A stretch of 64,000 nt of DNA. Origin: Planctomycetaceae bacterium. GTDB taxonomy: Bacteria; Planctomycetota; PLA2. Where the stretch lies: NCBI GenBank assembly GCA_011525755.1, contig WYBS01000091.1:6922-70921 (forward strand). Reading direction: 5' to 3'. Position numbers and translations under genes: made by a program. The notes beneath the pieces were generated by a model. The model ran no database searches and was not told where the DNA came from. It saw only the letters and a program-made list of their open reading frames with translations. This document shows, piece after piece, positions 58,970-64,000 of this stretch (the stretch's first letter is position 1; every line of letters starts with the position of its first letter).

Positions 58970-59563
58970 TCACTCCTCCAGATACGATGCGAGCCGGTCT
59001 CGCAGCAGGCGTTCCGCCAGCGCCACCCGGCTCTTCACGGTCCCCACGGGGATGTCGAGGATCTGCGCGATCTCCGCGTAGGGGAGCTGCTGGTAGCGTG
59101 CGAGCACGAAGGCCGCGCGCAGCTTCTCCGATAGCCCGGCGACGGCGCGACCGACCGCCTCGGACAGCTCCTTCGCCCGCGCCCCGCCGAACGGCGACCC
59201 GTCGCCGCGCGCGTCGGGCACGAGCGAGAGCTGCGCCTGCGCCTCCTCGCCGCCGGCACCCGTCGCGAACGGGCGGCGCCGGATCTTCTCCCGCTCGTTG
59301 AACCAGAAGTTCTTCGCGATCTCGAAGAGCCAGGTCGACACCTTCCCGATGGGGCGGTAGGTCGCGCGGGCGCGCCAGACGCGGAGGAAGGTCTCCTGGA
59401 GGTAGTCCTCGGCCGCGATGCGGTCGAAGCACATCTGGTGGAAGAAGTTCAGGAGGGGGTGCGCGTAGCGGCCGTAGAGCAACTCGAAGGCCCTCACGTC
59501 GCCCGCTTGAACGCGGGCCATGAGCTCCTGGTCGGAACGGTCGTCGGAAATCCCACTGGCCAT
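58970..59563 (-). CDS. ECF-type RNA polymerase sigma-70 factor
   Basis: Region 2 'LLYGRYAHPLLNFFHQMC...DYLQETFLRVWR'. Region 4 'LARYQQLPYAEIAQILDIPVGTVKSRVALA'. Confidence 0.9.
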   Translation of the reverse strand: MASGISDDRSDQELMARVQAGDVRAFELLYGRYAHPLLNFFHQMCFDRIAAEDYLQETFLRVWRARATYRPIGKVSTWLFEIAKNFWFNEREKIRRRPFATGAGGEEAQAQLSLVPDARGDGSPFGGARAKELSEAVGRAVAGLSEKLRAAFVLARYQQLPYAEIAQILDIPVGTVKSRVALAERLLRDRLASYLEE

Positions 59564-59709
59564 ATAACCGCTCCGGTTCCCGGGGGTTCGGCGCGAGCCT
59601 AGCACCGGGCCGGGATACGCGCAAATGTCTGTACACCAAAGGCTTATGTCGTCCGGTCTACTGCGGGGGGCTCCGGGGGCCCGGCCTCGCGTGTCCGGCG
59701 CAAAGAGGC

Positions 59710-60882
59710 CTACCGCTGGAAGATCGGGAGGTAGTGCTTCGGCACCTGGAGGATGATCGCGGCCACCGAGGTCGAGAACGCATCCCCGACGTGGCGGGCG
59801 CGCCAGGAGGTTTCGCTGCCGCGCGGGCCGCCGGCCGTCGTGTAGGCCCTCTCGAGCAGGTGGTCGCGCACCATCGAGTACCACGCCCGCCATGTCTCCC
59901 CGCCGCGGGTGTACATCGCCTGGGCGGCGTAGTAGTTCCCGTAGAAGTAGAAGTAGTGGTCGTCGAACTCCTGGAGCACGGCGTCGTAGGTGCGCTCGAG
60001 GTAGAGGAGGCAGTCGCTGATCTTCGGGATCTTCGTGATCCCGTTCTGCATGCAGAATCGGTGGACGTCGGCGTCGGAGTAGAGCCCGGCCTGGTAGATC
60101 GTCGTGAGGCCGGCGGCCGTCAGCGCGAAGCTGTTCCTGTTGAACGGGACGTCCTTGTGCTGGTAGAGGAACGCGCCCCGCTCGTTGGGCCGCGTGACCG
60201 CGGAGTTCATCACGTATTCGAGCGCCTTGTCGATGTGGATCTTCGGGACCTTGATCCCGATGTTTCTGGCCTCGCGCAGCGCGACCACCTGGCAGACGGT
60301 GATCGACATGTCGGCGTCCTGCGCCCCGGGCGCGTAGCGCCAGCCACCCAGCGCGTTCTGCGAGTTGTAGGTGAACTCGACGGCGCGGTCGAGCCGCTCC
60401 CGGAGGATCGGGTTGCCCGTCATGCCGTACATCTCCGCGAGGAAGAGCAGGCTGAAGGCGTGGCTGTACATGCGGCTTCCGTTGCGCGTGATGTAGCCGT
60501 CCTCGTGCACGGAGGAGAGCACGAAGTCGAGCGCGTCCTTGACGACCACGCCGTACGGACCCTCGCCCGGCAGGTGACCGCCCGCGAGGAATGCCATGCC
60601 GGCCAGCGCGGTCACGCCGAGGTGCGGCAGCCCGCCCGGCGGCTGGTGGACGGGATCGGGACGGTAGCCGTCGTTGATCTTGAAGCCGAGGGTCGCGTTC
60701 CACGAGCCCTTCGCGTCCCCCGTCCGGTTCTGGCGCTCGGCGAGCCAGCGGAGCGCGCCTTCGACCGCGTCGTCCGTCCGGTCGGTGTAAAGGGTCTCCC
60801 GCGGCCGGATCTCCTCCTGGGCCCACGCACCGCCGCCCAAGGCGGCCATGAGGCTCAGGAGCGCTGTCAGGCGAAGGTGCAT
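59710..60882 (-). CDS. secreted prenyltransferase/squalene-oxidase-repeat protein, paralog 2
   Basis: Signal peptide 'MHLRLTALLSLMAALGGGAWAQ'. 'RQNRTGDAKGSW', 'NSQNALGGWRY'. C-terminus '...PKHYLPIFQR', same tail as paralog 1. Confidence 0.65.
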   Translation of the reverse strand: MHLRLTALLSLMAALGGGAWAQEEIRPRETLYTDRTDDAVEGALRWLAERQNRTGDAKGSWNATLGFKINDGYRPDPVHQPPGGLPHLGVTALAGMAFLAGGHLPGEGPYGVVVKDALDFVLSSVHEDGYITRNGSRMYSHAFSLLFLAEMYGMTGNPILRERLDRAVEFTYNSQNALGGWRYAPGAQDADMSITVCQVVALREARNIGIKVPKIHIDKALEYVMNSAVTRPNERGAFLYQHKDVPFNRNSFALTAAGLTTIYQAGLYSDADVHRFCMQNGITKIPKISDCLLYLERTYDAVLQEFDDHYFYFYGNYYAAQAMYTRGGETWRAWYSMVRDHLLERAYTTAGGPRGSETSWRARHVGDAFSTSVAAIILQVPKHYLPIFQR

Positions 60883-60987
60883 CGGCCTCTCATCCACAGT
60901 ATACGTGCCTCGCGGTCTCTTGGGCGGGCCCCACGATAGATCCATCGGCCGACAGGGCGGCGCGGGTAAGAGGAGGGCGGGAGTCCG

Positions 60988-63900
60988 CTACCGGGGCCCG
61001 TAGGCGAAGACCCAATTCGTGTCGGTCGCGACGAGCAGGACGCCGTTCTGGACCCTCGCGCTCGTCGACTTCATGTCGGCCCGGGGCAGCACGATCTCCT
61101 CGAGAAGATCGCCGGACAGGGGGTCGAGAAGCCGCAGGCGATGCTCGCCGACGCGCCTCCGGGGCGCGATCGAGACGACGAGGACGCCTTGTGCCTCGAC
61201 CAGCTTCGGGATCTCGCTGCTCGTCTCCGTCAGCTCGACCGAGAACCGGACCCGGAGGTCGGGCATCTCGTAGGCGGTGAGCCGCGCCGGCGCCTCCCCG
61301 GTCGTCGGGGTGACGACGAGGAGCAGCGAGTCGTGACGCGGCTGCGGGTCGGGATCGAGGTAGCGCTCCTCGTCGTCCCCGGCGCGGGGAACGTCGAGCC
61401 TCGGGACCGACTTCACCTCGCGCCCGGTCTCGAGCTCCAGGACCGTGGCGCCGCGCGTGTCGTCGACCGCCGCCACGAAGTCGCCGGCCACGTTGAGGTG
61501 GCGGAGGGAGCGGTTCTCGTCGTCGGCGCGCGAGCGGTGCCTCCATACGATGGCGGACTCGCCGGACTCGGCGGGGTCGAGGAGGAAGAGCGAGTAGGCG
61601 TGCCGGTACTGGAACCCCTGCGCCTGCTGGCGGGTGCCGACGCCGACGAGGATCCGGCCGCCGGGGAGCAGGAACGGCTCGAGTCGCCGCTCCGCGCCCG
61701 GCGAGGACTCGAGCCCGATCCGGTTCTCGACCGCGCCGCTCGTGGGGTCGAGGACCCAGACCTCCACGGGCTGCGTGCTGAGGAGGAGGAGCCGCTCCTC
61801 GTGCGCGACGATCTGGTAGCTGGCGCCCGGCGGGTCCATCGCGCCGGCCGGAAGCAGCCGGAACCAGAGGAAGCTCCCGTCCACGGGGTGGAGCGCCGCG
61901 ACGCCCACCTGGCCGTGGATGCCGCGCTCGCGGTAGAGCAGGAAGACCTGCCCGCGGTGCTCGGCGAGCGAGAGCGCGCGTCCGCGGTCGGGCACGGGCC
62001 GGCGCGCGATCGCGCGGCCCGTGGCCGCGTCGAAGACGTGCACGAACCCCTCCGTCACGGCGCAGAGGCGATCCCCCGCAAGCACGAGCGGGCCTTTCGG
62101 CTGGTCGTGCGCGAAGTCGATCGCGTAGCGCTCCGCGCCCGTGCGGGCGTCGAGGACGCGCACGCGCATGCCGGCCTTGAGGACGACGGTCCCCGCGAGG
62201 GCCTCGGGGATCTGGCCGAGCAGGTCGGGGACCTCCGGCGTCGAGTCGTTCAGGAGTTCCTGCTCGAAGAGGAGTCCGAGCTTCGGGGGGAGGTCGCGCC
62301 GCCGCGCGCTCCGCGCGAGGGAGGCATAGGGCTCCCGGGCCAGCCACTCGCCGGCGATCGTGCCCGCCCGCATCTTCGTCCCGTCCGGCCGCGGCCATGT
62401 CGCGTCGGGGTGGCGGGCGCGGAGCCTCAGGAGGGCTGCGTAGGCCGGGCCGTACGAGCCCCGCGCGTGGAGCGCCTCGACCATGAGGACCAGCGCCTCG
62501 GGGACACGCGGCGACGTCCCGTGCTCGGCGAGGAACCCCTGCATCGTCCGCGCGGCCCCGGTCGCGTCCTTCGCGCGCAGCTGGCGGCGCGCGAGCTCGA
62601 TCGAGGCCGCGTCTGCCGCCGCGGCGTTGGCGTAGATCTTGAGTCCGCGCTCGAGTGCCTCGAGGTCGTTGCTCGCGAGCGCGGCCTCGAAGAGCTTCCC
62701 CGCCCTCTTCTCGTAGGGTTCGTAGGCGTCCCGGTGCTGCTCGAGCAGCCTCCGGATGCGGCGGCTCGCGATGCGGCCGTCCTCGCCGTCGGGGTCGTTC
62801 TCGACGAGCTGCTGCAGGAACGCGAGTGCGCGGCGCGGCGACCCCTCATCCACCTGGAGCTCGGCGAGACGGAGGAGCGCCCAGCTGCGCAGCGGCCTCC
62901 CGGTCGTCTCGTCCGTCGCGTCGCCGTGGTCCCGCTCGATCGCCTTCAGGTTCCGCGCCCGCCACTTGCGCGCCTCGTCCTCGCCCGCGCCCGCGAGGGC
63001 CTCCTCCAGCGCCCGTCGCGCCCGGATCCGCGACCGGTCGTCCTGCACGGCGCGGAGCGCGGCGTCGAACTCGCCCTCGGCGCGCTCGAACGCGCGCTCG
63101 TCGAGGGATGCCCACGCCCTCCGGAGCAACGCGCGGTGGAGCCCCTGCTCGGCGCGTCGCGACGCGGCCGCCGCCCCGCGCGCGTCGGCAAGCGCCTTGG
63201 CGCGCCGGAAGAGGTCCACCGCGGGGCTCACCTGGCCCGCCGCCAGGTGGATGTCCCCGGCCTCGAGCAGCGGAAGCGGCTCGTCCGGGTGGAGCCGCGC
63301 CCGCTCGCGGGCCTCGTCGAGGACCGCCGCCCCGTCGAAGCGCGCGCCGACCAGCAGGCGGCTCGCGGTCACGAGCACGCCGTCGCCCCAGGCGAGGTGG
63401 ACATGGAGGTTCCCGTCCCGTCCGACGCGCTCCGGCGCCGCCTTGCACTTGCCGGTCACGGGATCGATCAGGTAGATGGCGTCGGCGGTCGGGACCCAGA
63501 GCGCGTCCTCGGCGAGGAAGCCGCGGCCCGCGCCCACGTCCCGCTCGAACCATGTCGTCCACGCGATCTCCCCGGGCTCCGCGCCCCGCTTCGGATCGCG
63601 GATGAGCCAGATCGCGGCGACGCCCCTGGGGCCGCCCACGTAGGCCCGCTCCGCATCGACCGCGTGGAGGATCTCGATCTCCATGGGCCGGTCGCCTGAA
63701 AACATCTCCTGCGGCACGGTGAAGACCCGCTCGCCGTTCCTGCGGTCGAGGCCGAGGAGGCCCGTGCTGTCGATCGGCGCCGCGACGACGACGTCCCCCG
63801 ACACGAGCGGGGGGCCGTTCGCGAACCGGGGCCAGCGGCGGGGCGCCTCGAACCAGTAGAACGTCGAGGGGATCCGCTCGGTCTCGTAGCCGGTCGCCCA

Positions 63901-64000
63901 GAGCGGCGTGCCGAGGAGCGCGTCCACGGCGCAGACGACGCCGAGGTTCGTCCCGAGGTAGAGGACGCCGTCGACCTCGGTGACGGGCATCGGCATGCAC
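60988..64000 (-). CDS. giant PQQ-like beta-propeller plus TPR protein, N-terminus beyond window
   Basis: ORF open to the window edge. Repeated 'G.L.A.D..TG...W' propeller-like units in both terminal thirds. Central TPR/helical region. Confidence 0.6.
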   Translation of the reverse strand, partial: CMPMPVTEVDGVLYLGTNLGVVCAVDALLGTPLWATGYETERIPSTFYWFEAPRRWPRFANGPPLVSGDVVVAAPIDSTGLLGLDRRNGERVFTVPQEMFSGDRPMEIEILHAVDAERAYVGGPRGVAAIWLIRDPKRGAEPGEIAWTTWFERDVGAGRGFLAEDALWVPTADAIYLIDPVTGKCKAAPERVGRDGNLHVHLAWGDGVLVTASRLLVGARFDGAAVLDEARERARLHPDEPLPLLEAGDIHLAAGQVSPAVDLFRRAKALADARGAAAASRRAEQGLHRALLRRAWASLDERAFERAEGEFDAALRAVQDDRSRIRARRALEEALAGAGEDEARKWRARNLKAIERDHGDATDETTGRPLRSWALLRLAELQVDEGSPRRALAFLQQLVENDPDGEDGRIASRRIRRLLEQHRDAYEPYEKRAGKLFEAALASNDLEALERGLKIYANAAAADAASIELARRQLRAKDATGAARTMQGFLAEHGTSPRVPEALVLMVEALHARGSYGPAYAALLRLRARHPDATWPRPDGTKMRAGTIAGEWLAREPYASLARSARRRDLPPKLGLLFEQELLNDSTPEVPDLLGQIPEALAGTVVLKAGMRVRVLDARTGAERYAIDFAHDQPKGPLVLAGDRLCAVTEGFVHVFDAATGRAIARRPVPDRGRALSLAEHRGQVFLLYRERGIHGQVGVAALHPVDGSFLWFRLLPAGAMDPPGASYQIVAHEERLLLLSTQPVEVWVLDPTSGAVENRIGLESSPGAERRLEPFLLPGGRILVGVGTRQQAQGFQYRHAYSLFLLDPAESGESAIVWRHRSRADDENRSLRHLNVAGDFVAAVDDTRGATVLELETGREVKSVPRLDVPRAGDDEERYLDPDPQPRHDSLLLVVTPTTGEAPARLTAYEMPDLRVRFSVELTETSSEIPKLVEAQGVLVVSIAPRRRVGEHRLRLLDPLSGDLLEEIVLPRADMKSTSARVQNGVLLVATDTNWVFAYGPR

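Noticed and set aside
1-64000. CRISPR arrays, rRNA genes, integrases/transposases
   Set aside because: No regularly spaced direct repeats of 25-40 bp with unique spacers, no rRNA-like conserved stretches, and no recombinase or transposase motifs were seen. The only repeats found are the short motifs reported above.

Overview
This is a 64 kb window of very high-GC (about 70%+) bacterial chromosome with no rRNA, tRNA, CRISPR array or clear transposon. Most of it is housekeeping with classic operon signatures. These include an LPS-core module (waaA, lpxB), guaB-guaA, a minus-strand gatC-gatA-gatB operon reading into a thioredoxin-like/HEAT-repeat gene, tig-clpP-clpX-rlmN, rho followed by an ArfB-like GGQ protein, a standalone EF-G paralog next to a 1213-aa Ser/Thr kinase-AAA-TPR protein, a di-haem cytochrome c peroxidase, and several peptidases (S41, M48, M24, CPBP). 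Because of the GC content nearly every real gene is shadowed by a long antisense ORF. Strands were therefore assigned by recognisable motifs, signal peptides, and ATGA/GTGA start-stop coupling.

The candidate for an undescribed system is a minus-strand ECF-sigma/FecR-anti-sigma controlled envelope cluster at about 50.5-59.6 kb. It encodes a 752-aa two-TM membrane protein, a 1080-aa secreted coiled-coil protein with a poly-Q tract, a 253-aa secreted coiled-coil protein, and a secreted prenyltransferase/squalene-oxidase-repeat protein ending in YLPIFQR. The last protein is duplicated at 59.7-60.9 kb, again directly downstream of a giant protein (a PQQ-like beta-propeller/TPR protein >1000 aa). 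A smaller cluster at 8.4-12.2 kb (membrane protein, DUF58, BatA-like) looks evolutionarily related. The N-terminal two-TM domain and the C-terminal 'LVxEY' motif that sit on one 415-aa protein there are split across two proteins in the sigma-controlled cluster.

Other notable items are a tandem pair of small paralogous Cys-containing proteins, a toxin-antitoxin pair whose ParE-like toxin is frameshifted, an 18-bp motif repeated five times in two unrelated intergenic regions, a 22-bp inverted-repeat element flanking about 165 bp, a 4x17-bp tandem repeat abutting a stop codon, and a Rho with a 9-Arg tract.
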